A stretch of 64,000 nucleotides of DNA from assembly GCA_963693365.1 (NCBI GenBank), contig CAVNZM010000012.1, positions 1,302,001 to 1,366,000 of the forward strand. The letters are read 5' to 3'. The DNA is from Amoebidium appalachense (taxonomy: Eukaryota > Protista > Ichthyosporea). The position numbers and the translations under genes were made by a program. Under the pieces are notes generated by a model. It searched no databases, was not told where the DNA came from, and worked only from the letters and a program-made list of their open reading frames with translations. Below are positions 17,984-30,192 of the stretch, piece after piece. Position 1 is the stretch's first letter, and each line of letters opens with the position of its first letter.

Positions 17984-20219
17984 TGCCCTCTCACGGGGCC
18001 TTTTGAAAAAGCAACAAGAGCCCAAGCCCAGGAATCGACGAAAAAGGATGTATTTTGCCGCCCTCCGACACTAGCCAATAGCATTGAGGGCCATGGCAGC
18101 TGTTAATGGGCGGCCAATCATCTTCCGGAACCGAGAATGCCCCACCAACAGACATGAACGGGGCATTTTAAAACTCCGGGGCCAGGTACATGTACCCCAA
18201 CACACGAAGACCAAAAAGCCCCCCCCCCCCCCCCCCCCCCCCCTCCCCCCCCCCCACCCAACAACAAAAAAAAACACCCCCCAAAAGCATCGTCAACACA
18301 GGCACATGGCATGCAGGTACACAACATATTGAAACTGTCAATATTTCATCCCCGGAACCAATCCCCTTCATTATAGAAATATGCCCGTGTCAGGCATACA
18401 AAAGCATCCAGGGAGGAGGGGGAAAATGTAGCCTGCATTTTGCCGTCCTCCGACACTAGCCAAAGGCATTAAGGGCCATGGCAGCTGTTAATGGGCGGCC
18501 AATCATCTTCCGGAACCGAGAATGCCCCACCAACAGACATGAATGGGGCATTTTATATTTCCGGGTCTCCCAACCGATGTACCGTCCCCCATGAGCAACA
18601 ACGCGTGTTTCTGGTGGAACTTGACACCCCCCCCCCCCCCCTCCCCCTCCCCCTCCCCCCCCCCTCATCAGGGTTGCTGACCCGTCCCCCTACACTGAGA
18701 GAAAACACATGGAGAGAATACAGAAAAATACGGGTGAAGCACAAAAAAAAAAGAAAAAAAAAAGAAAGAACGAAAAGAAATCAGGGTCAACAACCACCCA
18801 CCTGCTGGTCTTGGTGCTGGGGCAGGAGCAGCTGGAGGTGCCCCTGGGGGTGCGCCGAAACCTGGACAAGGAGGGAAAATTGGTTGGATATGATAAATAA
18901 ACCAAAGAAGGGCAGCAAAAAAAAAAAGGAAGCAAACGATATGTGTCACAAGACGATGTTTCCTTAAATCTATAACCCCCCCCCCCCCCCCCCCCCCCCC
19001 TCTTCACCCCGCACTCCGGCACCAGCGCATAAAACATCACACAACTAAAAGAAAATAAAAATGGAGACACAACTGACACACCCGCCCATTTAAATGCCGA
19101 AGACACAGACATCCATGAGTGTACACAGCCACCTGCTCATACAAACAGACACACACACAGGCACACAACCACCTACACCGGCCACCGAAAAGCCCAAACG
19201 TGCTACGTTGTAGATAAGAATCTGCAGTTCCCCACTTCACCGTGCCTCCCTACAGCCTTAAAACCCTCACGCTGTACCCTAAACTACACCTAAGCCCAAC
19301 ACCACACACACGCACACAGCCCACAAAACACGAGCACATACACCATATCGTTCACTCACCTACACTAAACACTACACACCTTCCACGCACACATACCACA
19401 CACACACGATAAACACACATCATCCACTCACCGGCTGCCGACGAATCCGTTCCGGGGGGCGCACCAGGCGGGAAACCTGGGGGGAACCCAAACGGTGGCA
19501 TTCCAAACGGTGGTGGTGGCATGCCGGGGGGGACGCCAAATGGGGGCATACCGGGGGGCATGCCAAAGGGAGGTGCACCGGGTGGGAACCCAGCCGGGGG
19601 AACGGGTGGGCCCCCTGGGACTGCGGGGGGCATACCGGCCGGTGCAGCACCAGCAGCTGGTGCCGGGGCAGGAGAATCCTCATCATCATCTGAACCCACT
19701 AGAGAAGGGGGGGGGGGGGGGGGGGGGGGGGTGGTGGTGGTGGTTAATATGCGTTATAGAGTACGAAGTTCACATTCGCAACGGACAATACAATGCAGAG
19801 TGGCAACGATACATAAAGAATATGCATAAAATGCAGAGCCGCAGAGGAACGCAGGGGGAGGGGGGTTTGAATGCGTCAAAAAGTGCGAAGTACACAAGGA
19901 CAAACGGATAACAGGGAGAGGGGGGGGGGGGAAGGGGGAGGGGGGGGGGAGTTGAGGGAGTCAGAATGCATTACATAGTATGAAAGAACGTGTTCACAAC
20001 GGAAATCACAATCAACAACAAAATGCAGATTATAGATGTTTTAAAGTACACGATTTGTGCACCATAACCAGAACCCAATATCGGAAGAGAGGGGAAGGGG
20101 GGGGGGGGGGGGGGGGGGGGGGTTTGAATGCGTCATAAAGTGCGAAGTACACAAGAACAACGGATAACACGATGCAGAATGCAAACCATACATAAAGAGT
20201 ATGGATAATAAGCAGAGCG

Positions 20220-20269
<50 letters not shown>

Positions 20270-20916
20270 TGCATTTAAGGGTGGCAACCATGGTGGAGGC
20301 AGAACATTTTTAGACTAAGCCCACGGCAATCAAGATATGGACAGCTCAAAAAAGTGTTGCAAAGAACGGAACGGAAGTTGGGGAGTGGGTTGAATGGCTA
20401 AAGGCAAAGTGCAAACATTGTTGGTTGGTGGACGCATCAAATCTGACAGGGAGCATATTGCAAGCGGGAAAATAATGTAGGCCGGGAAAAGGGAAGAGAG
20501 GTTTAGAAATTCTCTGTGTGGGTGTTTATGTGTGTGTGTGTGGGGGGGGGGGGGGGGGGGGGGGGGGGAGGGGGAGGGGGGAGGAAGGGGGAGAGAGGGA
20601 GACTCTGAGGGGAGGACAGGGAGGGAGTGCGGGAGGGAGAGAGAAAGAGAGGTTATGAGGTACAGCTTCATCAAACCAGGGTGGAGCACCGAAAGGTGGA
20701 AAAAGGTCACTGGTTGTAGGGACTGAGGTGGTCACCGGGAAGGGACCCCAAGCGGGTGGAGGGGGGGAGGAGGGAGGAGGGGGGTTGAATGTGGAACACG
20801 GTACTGAAGTACACATAAGAAGCATGGTGCAAGACACATGCAAAAGGCAAACATTCAAGTATGCAACATCAGCAATGCGCACAGTATGCATCATAAGCAG
20901 AGCCCATCCTTCGATA

Positions 20917-20952
<36 letters not shown>

Positions 20953-21252
20953 ACCAAATCCGGGTTGGGATAAGGGGCCAACACCACTTACATTGCTCCC
21001 TCCTCCTCTTCTCGCCCTTTGGTAGTCTTGGGCGAGGAACAAATGTACCTTCCATTTTGGCAACAGCATCGGATTTCTTTTTCGCAAATGCAATTTTCTG
21101 CGTTCAGAGCTGGTGTCAGCTTGCTAGTTGTTTCGCAGGTTGCATTCTTCACCCACATCGAATAAATTTACCAGTGCACGTGGTTTAGTGTGTGTGTGCG
21201 TGAAACAGCAGCCCCTTCCCCTCCCCTCCCCCTGTCTCTTTGTTTGCTTTGC

Positions 21253-21291
<39 letters not shown>

Positions 21292-22843
21292 ATTTTATGG
21301 GGGGGGGGGGGGGGAGGGGGGGGGGGAGTTGTCCGTGCACGGTCACTTTGTAACATAATCTGGCGAATTGACACTCGATTATAATAATTTTTGATTTTGA
21401 AGGAACGTTTCCCCGAAAAGGGGGGGGGGGGGGGGGATGAAAGAGACACAGAAAGGGGGGGGGGGGGGGGGGGAGAGAGAGAGAGGGGGGGGGGGGGGGG
21501 AGAGAGAGAGAGAGAGAGGGGGGGGGGGAGAGAGAGAGAGAGAGAGAGTGTGTGTGTGTGTGTGCGCGCGCGCACGAGAGAGAGGGAGAGAGAGAGATAT
21601 ATATATAGGGAGAGGGAGAGGAGAGAGGGAGGGGGGGGGGGGGAGGGGCACGTGAAGGAAGGGAAAAGACAACACCCTGCTTAATAAAGGGGTTGTGACC
21701 TACCATAGGTTTGTCATGAAACGAGAAGCCTTGCATAGAGTTTAAGGCCTGAGCAGCCGCGGAGGGCTCTTTGAACGAAATCCATGCTTGGCCTCGGCAT
21801 TTGAGCGTCTTCTTGGCTAGCACTTCAAGAATCTCCCCAAACTGACTGAACATGGCATACAGCGCCGTTTTCAGCTCTGCACACAAGTCATCAGTGTCCC
21901 TCATATGTACCCTTTCGTGTTTTCCGACTGGAGGTAGTAGAAAGCAAAACTTTTAATTTTCAGCCAAAACTTCTAAAGGTTATCGTTGTACTTGCTCTGG
22001 ACTGCTTGAGCCCTACTGGGATCACACAGCACCAGCCTCAACCGTACTGGCGGCACAAATAGGACATGTGTAATGAAACAAGTAACTCATGGCTCCTTCT
22101 ACAAAAGCAGGTTTTTCTTTTTATTATCAGCGAAGCTGGACGAAGGTTAGGACAGAGGAGGAGGGGGGGGAGAGAGAAGAGAGAAAGGAAGAAGAAGGGC
22201 GGGGAAGGGGGGCGGGGAGGGCGGGGGGGGGGCGGGGAAAGCAGGGGGGAGTGGTTTCTACAAAAGCAGGAGTTTATTCTTTATTAGCAAGGAAGGTAAA
22301 GGAGGGGAGAGAGGAGGGAGAGAAAGAAAGAGAGGAGGGGGAGGGGGAAGGGGGAGGGGGGGGGGGGAGGGAGTACGATTGTGCCCCTAGTTTGTGCCCG
22401 ACGTAACAACTAGCCTAACGTCAAAAAACAACTCTTTAATACTGCACCATCCTCACGGCGAGGCCATGTGACAGCATTGTCGTTCCCTCTACCTCCTCCA
22501 TCTGCGTGCCTTTTCATCCAACAGTCCCTTCCCTCCCCCCAAAGCCTCCCTCCCCACCTCTTGAATATATCTGTCTCTCACTTTTGCTTCTCCTTCACAT
22601 CTATATTTTCTGACCCAACCATGCAAAAGTCCACCAAAAGTAGTAAGAAAACCAACAAAGACAAACGCAGAGAGACATTCTCCGCCTCCACACACCACTA
22701 AGGAAACCCAATCCGTCACACAGCTACACAAGCAACCTCGCGAGGAAAAGATTAAGCAACCCACATCCATCCTTACCTGCAAGCTTAACCTTCTCGTTAA
22801 GGTTATTGATGTATATCGTGTGTGTTGGTATTCCGTTCTCCAT
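16807..22843 (-). CDS. SNRPA/SNRPB2: U1A/U2B''/SNF-family snRNP protein (two RRMs, Pro/Gly/Met-rich linker)
   Basis: Exons 22777-22843, 21704-21876, 20992-21097, 19432-19698, 18802-18861 and 16807-17060 join in frame with GT-AG: [49 protein letters not shown]; RRM2 [41 protein letters not shown]. Confidence 0.96.
17581..17716 (-). ncRNA. Putative intronic box H/ACA RNA, copy 1 (ACA position reads CGA)
   Basis: Hairpin-AGAUGA(H box)-hairpin, sense to the host gene; near-identical to copies 2 and 3. Confidence 0.55.
18046..18180 (-). ncRNA. Putative intronic box H/ACA RNA, copy 2 (canonical ACA)
   Basis: CCGGAG..AAUGCCCC/GGGGCAUU..UUCCGG hairpin with internal pocket; H box AGAUGA at 18118-18123; GCCGCCC/GGGCGGC 3' hairpin; ACA at 18049-18051; about 135 nt. 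Confidence 0.7.
18431..18565 (-). ncRNA. Putative intronic box H/ACA RNA, copy 3 (ACA position reads GCA)
   Basis: Same sequence and fold as copy 2; H box intact. Confidence 0.55.
19748..20905. repeat. Family of four diverged ~100-120 bp non-microsatellite repeats in U1A/SNF intron 3
   Basis: Copies near 19748-19841, 19863-19912 (partial), 20122-20220 and 20785-20905 share AATGCGT..GAAGTACACA..ATGCA..TATGCAT..GCAGAGC. Confidence 0.75.
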
Positions 22844-23355
22844 GGTGGCCTTTGCTTGAGCAGCAAGGGCTGCTACACCGGGACTATTGCAACTTGGCCT
22901 TGAAAATGTCGTCCGCCACTATGCAAAAACACAAGGCAACGATGGCCTTGTAAGTCTCCCGCCAAAGTGATAGTGTGTTACCAAGCTCGTAGAAGGTCTT
23001 TTACATATGCACAGGAATTAATACTAAGGTAGATAGAAAGTAAATAAAACCAGAAAGCTTTTTCGAAGCTCTTCAGTGTACACCAGTTTTTTCCCTCGTT
23101 TTTGTTTCCCTAGCTCTAGCTTTCTCGTTTGCAACGCAGTGTAAGTTTTCGTGCAATGCATGTGCATCATGGAAGATGGCGCCACTTCAAATTTGCAGGG
23201 GGGCGCGGAATCCCTAATATGTGAATTTCGTCCATAAAACCGGTCTTTCTTTATATTTTGGCTGGAATTGGCGGTAGAAGGCAGAAGCAATTTGAAGTTT
23301 CCAGGGTGGGGGTTGATAACCCCAAAGCCAGGTGCGCCAGCGGACTTGGCCAGGG

Positions 23356-23405
23356 TGCAAGGCCTCCTAAATAGCTCTCTTTTTTAGGAGGCCTTGCAGT
23401 TGTGG

Positions 23406-23446
<41 letters not shown>
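23356..23446. repeat. Perfect 16-bp inverted repeat followed by A37
   Basis: TGCAAGGCCTCCTAAA (23356-23371) / TTTAGGAGGCCTTGCA (23383-23398); poly-A 23410-23446. Confidence 0.85.
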
Positions 23447-23448
<2 letters not shown>

Positions 23449-23999
23449 AGTTCTCCCCTCCGTCGCACCCCGTCCTTGTGCTACTCGAGGCTCTATGGAT
23501 CACCCACTCCTTTTTACACTTGGATTTTTTAGGCAAATATGCATATCCAGGTAGGCTAGCTATATTAGAAGCCACATCACAACTCACTCCTGCAGGTGGG
23601 CGAGAGAGCTGGCAGTGCAGTCCGGGCCACAGGCAGTGTACACGGGCAAAAGGGGGGGGGGACCATTATAGTCGCACTCGCTGTGGCTGTGTGCCAGTCA
23701 CCAGGACTGAATAGGCATGTCGACTTTTATCTTCGTGGCCAACGGTGCAACAGTTATAACCAGGTCACGCCCCCCCACCAAAAAAAAGCAAGGAAAGAAA
23801 ACGGTTCAGTTTACACTAACAAACTCGACCAGACTAGCGCATCTGGTAGAAAGTAGGTCGGCTCTACTCTACAGCAGTGCAACATCATTCCTATCATTTC
23901 AGGGATATTGCACGGACATACATTCATAACAAGAGCTTCCCTGAGTATCGAAGGAGGGGAAACAGCCACTCCTACTGCATCAAGCATTAACTTCCACCA

Positions 24000-24576
24000 C
24001 TAAGCTTTCTTTCCAGAAAGCAGTTTCTTCTCCTCTAGTTCTCTCTCCTTTAGTGCATGCTCGTCCAAGTCACTAAAGTCTTCCTGCTTGACGGCCCACA
24101 TGGAATAAAGGTAGACACTGACAGAGAAGAGGGCAAGAAACCCTCCCACCGCCGCATTGCGCGACATAACCGACTTTCTCACGGCTTGGCGCTCCACGCC
24201 CGCTGTGAGTGACTCTGTGATGCAAGAGCGGTTGTTAATTGTTACAGCCTTTTTTGCCTTCCAGCAAAATATGACTTCTTACTCCAGTGGGACCACTCAA
24301 ACACCACAGCAAAAACAAAAGTTTCCAAACAAATATTCTGGACTACCCTTTCGAAGTGTCATATAACGGAGAAAGTAGAATACGCTCGCACTTAGAGCAT
24401 ACATAACATGCAACCAAGAGATTTAACACGCACGCATGCGTATAGTTTTCAAAACACCACAACCCAAACTCCTTCATTGCACTGCAAAGTCGTGGGAGGG
24501 AGCACACACCTGCATCGCGGGCGAAATCTCCGGTGAAGCCGGCCTTGGCGGCGTATAGTGCTGGGAAATACTTCAT
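24000..24576 (-). CDS. COA3: Cytochrome c oxidase assembly factor 3 (CCDC56/Coa3-like)
   Basis: Exons 24510-24576 and 24000-24202 join in frame; RNAAVGGFLALFSVSVYLYSMWAVKQEDFSDLD matches the RN-TM-Y.YS..AV.QE.F pattern of the family. Confidence 0.85.
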
Positions 24577-25306
24577 GATGCTGGGTAGCACTGCGCCTTC
24601 AACTGATATAAAGAGATAAGTGCTGCCCTTTAAGTTTCAATCAGCGAGGTGAGTGTGGCGAGACCTCAGCGACGATTTCCAGATGTGCTACTCCGTGGGC
24701 CGGCTATACAGGCGTACGCGTTTCAGACAAAGAAGCTAGCACACGTATAAGTCTTATAGCCTAATTTTCAAGGTGCAACCTGCCTACTCAGATAACTCCT
24801 GCCTTTGCACTAGAGAAAATGGGCAAGCAATCCAGTGAGGGAATCGTATAACTTGAAACTTCGTTTTTTGGCAGTGCGCCACATGCCCGCATGCGCAGGT
24901 GCCAAGCATTTTCCGCTCTTGTCCGTGACGGTGGGCCAGACCAATGTAAACTATAAATAGGTTGAAGTCCTAAATATGGTGAGGCTCCTTGGCCCAGATC
25001 TATTCGATCAATTCAAAATTTCAAGTTTTTCGTCTGAGCCGCTTGCAAAAAGGCAAAAACGAAGCTCTTTTTTGGCACAGGCACAGAAACCTTGAGAAAA
25101 AGCAACAGCCGTTGGTGTGGTGTCTCTAATATCGAATAGTGGCTGTTGAAAGAGCTTTGACTGAAATTGTTATCTCCTTTACAGATTAGTGACAAGATTC
25201 TGTAGGCCTCTTGCATTTTGCAGACACCTGATAGTCAAAAGCAAGACTTTTCCATTTTGGTTTCCAGGTAGCTAAGGCACCTGTTTTTTGTTATCCATTT
25301 ACGAAG

Positions 25307-27407
25307 ATGTCTAAGGCAACCACCAGCACGGCACACAGGAAACTTGACGTTGATGCCTTTGAGGAGGGTGTGTATGTGGAGGATGACACAACCGCTGATA
25401 ATGCCGGGGCAGTCGACCAGAAGGCGACCTCAGTTCGCTCGTTCATGAGAGGATATCCTTTTTTTTTTTTGTTTGACTGCGCGAGGGAGTTTCTTGTTTC
25501 CTCGTTTGCCTCTCGTGCACTTGAGGGATAGCTGTATGTGTTTTATATAAGGACAGGAGGGCATGCTCGTTGATGGTGGGGAGAGTACGCGCTTGAGAGC
25601 CTCTTTTTGCGCCCCGTCCTTTGTCAAAGGGTGACTGGTGTCGCTTTTAGATCTGTGAACCTGCCTTGCTTGGGATGACAGTAGCTGGGACTCTTCTAAA
25701 CCAGGTGTTGTGTGTTGCTCTGTTCGAGGTTCGCCCGTTGGGTTCCACTCGCGTTATTTCTGTCTCTTGCCCTTCTCCTTGTACCACACGGCTCTACCCC
25801 CCATATGTCATGTTTTTCCCTTAACCATACAGCACGGGCCAGAATGACAAGGCACTGAAATCAGCCATTGCCGACCCACCATACAAGGCTGAGAAGGCCG
25901 TCAAGGTGGGTTTTTGTTTGTCACTCCAGGGCTAATTCAGTCTGGGATCCCATCCTCTTTCTCCATTGGTTGGTCTATAGATCCAAGCTATATTCGAAGA
26001 CTCATGATGCACTTGACGTATGGGACATGCACAGTGCGTTTTCCGTCTCTTGTTCATTCCTAACCGACAAGCCCTTAGTTGCAGAGAGTTCTGGGTGATA
26101 TTTGTTGGTGGGGTTACCCCCTCCCCCCTCCCCCCCCCCGCCCTCCTCCCCTTCCCGTTGCCCCTCCCCCTTCTACCCCGTGCACCTAGGCGGGCGCAAA
26201 CACTACACCCAGACACGCGCCTTCTCGGGGGTAGGGCTGCACTTCGCGGCATGATTTTCATATCAATTCTTGTTTCATGTATGGAAAACCAAGGCGGGAG
26301 GTCCTCCTCCACTTCCCCCCCAACCTCTTTTTTTGGTGGGGGGACGAGGGGGGGGGAGGATACTGGAGCGCATTTGCAGGCACTTCAGAGGTCGACAAAA
26401 AGACTCAGAAAGGGCGGTGATTATGAGGGGAGAAGGGAGAGCCATCGGGGGAGGTAGGAGAAGATGAAAAGTATTTCAGGGTTTATAGAAAAGTATTTCA
26501 GGGTTTATAAGTAAAAACACCTTTTCCACGAGAGACCAAGGAATGAACGGGGACAACACCACCTGACTGTGAAGCTTGTTCTAAGCAGATTCGATAAATG
26601 GCAAACGTAGGGCCCCCTTTCGCAAAAACGATTTTTTGCGCAAAACGTATATAAGAGGAGAGCGGGGATGTATTTTATAGTGTCGAGGTTTAGCATCAGG
26701 CCGGGAGTGTGTTTAGTTCCGTCGTCGTGTTTATGTTCTGAACATACATCACTTCTTGTTTTTTTTTTCTTCTAGTTAGTCATGTCCGCCATCGAAAGCA
26801 TCAAGACTATCTCGGCATTTATCGATGGAACACCATTTATGCCAAGTGACTCAAAAAGCCAATCCCCATATACCATATATAGGCAATACCAGTCATGGCG
26901 TTTATTGTCTGGCAGCGGCCGTCGGGCGTCCTTAAATGGTAGTCACTAATGATCGGTAGCCTTCAGACAGGCATCATAAGTACCCTTAAGGGGGGTTTCT
27001 TTTTAAGGATCCGGGTCGGTTCAGGCCCAGAAGCGGATTACGCTTTATGGTTGACCAGATACCCATCAAGCAGCTTTTTGGCCTGGCCTGAAAGGGCCTT
27101 CAAATCGGCCTATAGCTAAAACATATCCCCCCTGATATGAATGTACACCACACTAGCTACCTACACAAACCATTTGTATTAACCCTTATTTGGTTGGTGT
27201 TGCAGGACAAGAATGTGAAGCTTGTTGCAGAGGTTCTTGCGTCGTTCAAGTCGGCAGACATTGCAGGGGCGGTAGGGGCACTAGACGAGAACGAGAAGGA
27301 CACACTGCTCAAGTTTGTCTACCGCGCCATGGAGTTCCCTGCTGAGACAAACACCGCCAGTTTGCTCGCCTGGCATAAGGCCGTACGTTCCCCCCACCGC
27401 ACCACCT

Positions 27408-27441
<34 letters not shown>

Positions 27442-28559
27442 CACACACGCCCTTCCCCCTTCCCCCTTCCCCTCAGATGCTTGCGGACATGACATCCCTC
27501 AGCCATGTGCATGGCCACCTACCCATCCACATGTCCTCTTATCACCCATTCAAACACACACACATGAGCACATGCACACACCTTCACACTCACACACACA
27601 TGAGCACAGGAAGACATACCCAATAACATGCCTAAACACATCCCATGACCCCCACCCTGCCAACACATGTGCAAAGGAAAGCTAAAAAAGAATCTGCACA
27701 AGTGCATCCTCATTATGCATCCAATCTTCCGCACCTCACCGAGTCTCTCTCTTTTTTTTTTGCCCCTCCGCCAGTCCGACACATCATATCTTGCATACAC
27801 ACAGAGAGACCGAGGGGAAGGGATGCCCCGGGGAGGAGGGGGAAGGGAGGGTGGGGTGGGAGGGGAAGGCAAAGGGAGACACACACACACACACACAGAC
27901 AGACACACACACACAGTCAGATACACACATGAGAAAGGGAGACACACACACACAGGGGCGGGGGGGGGGGGGGGGGGGGGGAGGGAGAGAAAGAGAGAAA
28001 GGCAGAGGGAGAACATACAAATACACCAGCTTCTGCTTCGCATGTGCACGCACAAATGCGTTTACATTCGCGGAGAAGAGGATGTTCGTTTGTGCGCACA
28101 TATAAATACACTTGTATTCACATCGGCACTCAAACACACATGCAAGAGTTGGTGGCACGCATACACACTCAGCGAAAGAGAAGGTGAGGAAGAAGAGAGG
28201 GGAGGGGGGGAGGGGGGAAAGAGCAATGTACACGTTCAAGTGGGCAGACCTCCCCCCTTCCTCCCTTCCCTCCCCCCCCCCCCCCCCCCTCCCCACACAC
28301 ACACACACACGTGTTTTTGGAGTGTGGGGGGGGGGGGGGGGGGTTGCATAGAAATACGCCTCATTCCATCCTCATGTACACACAGAAAGAAGGAGAGAAG
28401 GGAAAGGGGAGAGGGGCGGTGGGGAAGGGGAAGGGGGGGAAATGTACACACACACATGGAAGTGAGCCGGACCCCCCCCCCCACACACACACACATACAC
28501 ACAGGGTTGGGGGGGGGGGGGGGGGGAGGCATTCAAATACACTTGCAATCCTTATCATG

Positions 28560-28606
<47 letters not shown>

Positions 28607-28783
28607 GGGGGGGGGGGGAGCGTGTGTGTGAGATAGAGATGACGTGTGGGGCCGGGGGGGGGGGGGGGAGGGGGGGGGGAACACTTTCCTGAATCCGACC
28701 ACTAATCTTTTTCTGTGCAGATTGTGGAAGCCGCCGGGGAGGGTGCTATTGCACGTGTTATCAGTGACCGCAAGAAGATCTAA
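25307..28783 (+). CDS. ARPC5: Arp2/3 complex subunit 5 (p16-Arc)
   Basis: Exons 25307-25452, 25836-25905, 27206-27382 and 28721-28783 give MSKATTSTAHRKLDVD..ALKSAIADPP..VLASFKSADI..DTLLKFVYRAM..LLAWH..GEGAIARVISDRKKI*. Confidence 0.96.
25453..25835 (+). other. U12-type (minor spliceosome) AT-AC intron, 383 nt
   Basis: 5' site ATATCCTTT, branch site TTTCCCTTAAC ending 10 nt before the intron end, terminal AC; removal restores the ARPC5 frame (FMRG-GQNDKAL). Confidence 0.93.
26780..26950 (+). mobile_element. Relic of a PIF/Harbinger (ISL2EU/IS5-like) DDE transposase in ARPC5 intron 2
   Basis: IKTISAFIDGTPFMPSDSKSQSPYTIY resembles the first catalytic G.IDGT motif followed by PS....Q..Y; no clear TIRs found. 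Confidence 0.45.
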
Positions 28784-29173
28784 AATCACGTATATACATA
28801 TATTGGTGTGTGAAGAATATAAATAAATTATGCCTCATGGGCTGTTGATTCACCCAGAGGTACTCTATTATTCCTCTTTATTATGTGAAGCAACAGGAGT
28901 CATAAGCTCATTTACGTCATCCACTTATCCTCTCTGGAAATGTCCACCAAATTTTCCCTTCTGACCTTTTTTCTTTTCTTGTTTTCTTGTTTCTTTATTT
29001 TTCTTTCTTTCCTTCTTTTTTTTTTCGAAATTTCATGCTCCCCTCGCTCCCCCCCCCCCCCCCCCTCCCCCCCTCCTCCTCCCCCCTCAAAAATTGTGTG
29101 CATGCATGTGTGTGCCACGTGCACTGAAGTGACATAGTTGTGTACGATGCACACGTGCACATGTAATGAAAAA

Positions 29174-29207
<34 letters not shown>

Positions 29208-29768
29208 TTTTTTTTTTGTGGGGGGGGGGGGGGGGGGGGGGGGGGGTTGGTTAATTATGCGGGCAATGGACTTGCACGGAAACATCAGTGCTATATTCCT
29301 ACTTTTTTTTATTGTTTTGATATCGTGTGATCGCAGTGATGCACGTCGGGCAATTCCGCTGCAGGCAGGCTTTTCAATTCTGGCAACGTGCATAATATCA
29401 GGCCAGAAATGGCAGAGAAAATCATGCAGCCGGACGATCGAGTGCACATGGTGCAACGTATCTATTTGGGCCACGCGGTGATGACATCGATTTGTACATG
29501 TATATCTTGTTGGGTGGAAGTACTGTTGGCCTTGGTACCGACACATCATCACAGCTCACCTACATGTCGGTAATAAACAGCACTTTCCCCCCCTGGTGAT
29601 GACACTGCCCAAAAAAAAGGCCACAACATAAGCACCAATTTCAAACCCTGGTAAAAGCGAATGTGATTGGAAGAACCAGCACCCAAAATCATAAACGTTT
29701 ACCGATGCTGCGCTGCGAGCCAATGAAAATGCCCCCCGTGTTTACATGTAATGTAACATGTTTACCAA

Positions 29769-29907
29769 CCTAGGAGGCGTCGCCCGCAGCCGGTAAATAT
29801 TTAAATATACTTATATATATTTATATATATTTAAATATATTTATATATAATTATATATATTTATATATATTTATATATATTTACCGGTTGCGGGCGACCC
29901 CTCTAGG
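29769..29907. mobile_element. Small foldback/MITE-like element with GC-rich ~30-bp terminal inverted repeats and an AT-only core
   Basis: CCTAGGAGGCGTCGCCCGCAGCCGGTAAATAT ... ATATTTACCGGTTGCGGGCGACCCCTCTAGG; core of ~10-bp TTATATATAT units. Confidence 0.7.
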
Positions 29908-30192
29908 CCTGTCTTGCAACTCCATGCTCCAGCTGCAGCTTGTTAGCCACCCCCTAAGAGTTGCACAGTGCTGGAGACACACCTTCTCATGGAACGCATA
30001 TCACACACAAACACAGTTTTGATTTTTTGCTCATCTTTTCTATTTTCACGTGCACTGGTGAACATTTGCTTGCCAGTTATTCGCTAGTCGAATTCAAGTT
30101 GAACGAGTTCATTACAAAGCCACTGCAGCTGCGTAGCTCAATCGTGTGAAGCCAGTTGCAGGTGAAGCAACGAAAGAAAAGTAACATAAAGA

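Noticed and set aside
17581-18565. CRISPR-like or transposon interpretation of the three repeats
   Set aside because: Units are ~135 nt with irregular spacing, no cas genes, no TIRs or TSDs; eukaryotic context and H/ACA geometry fit better.
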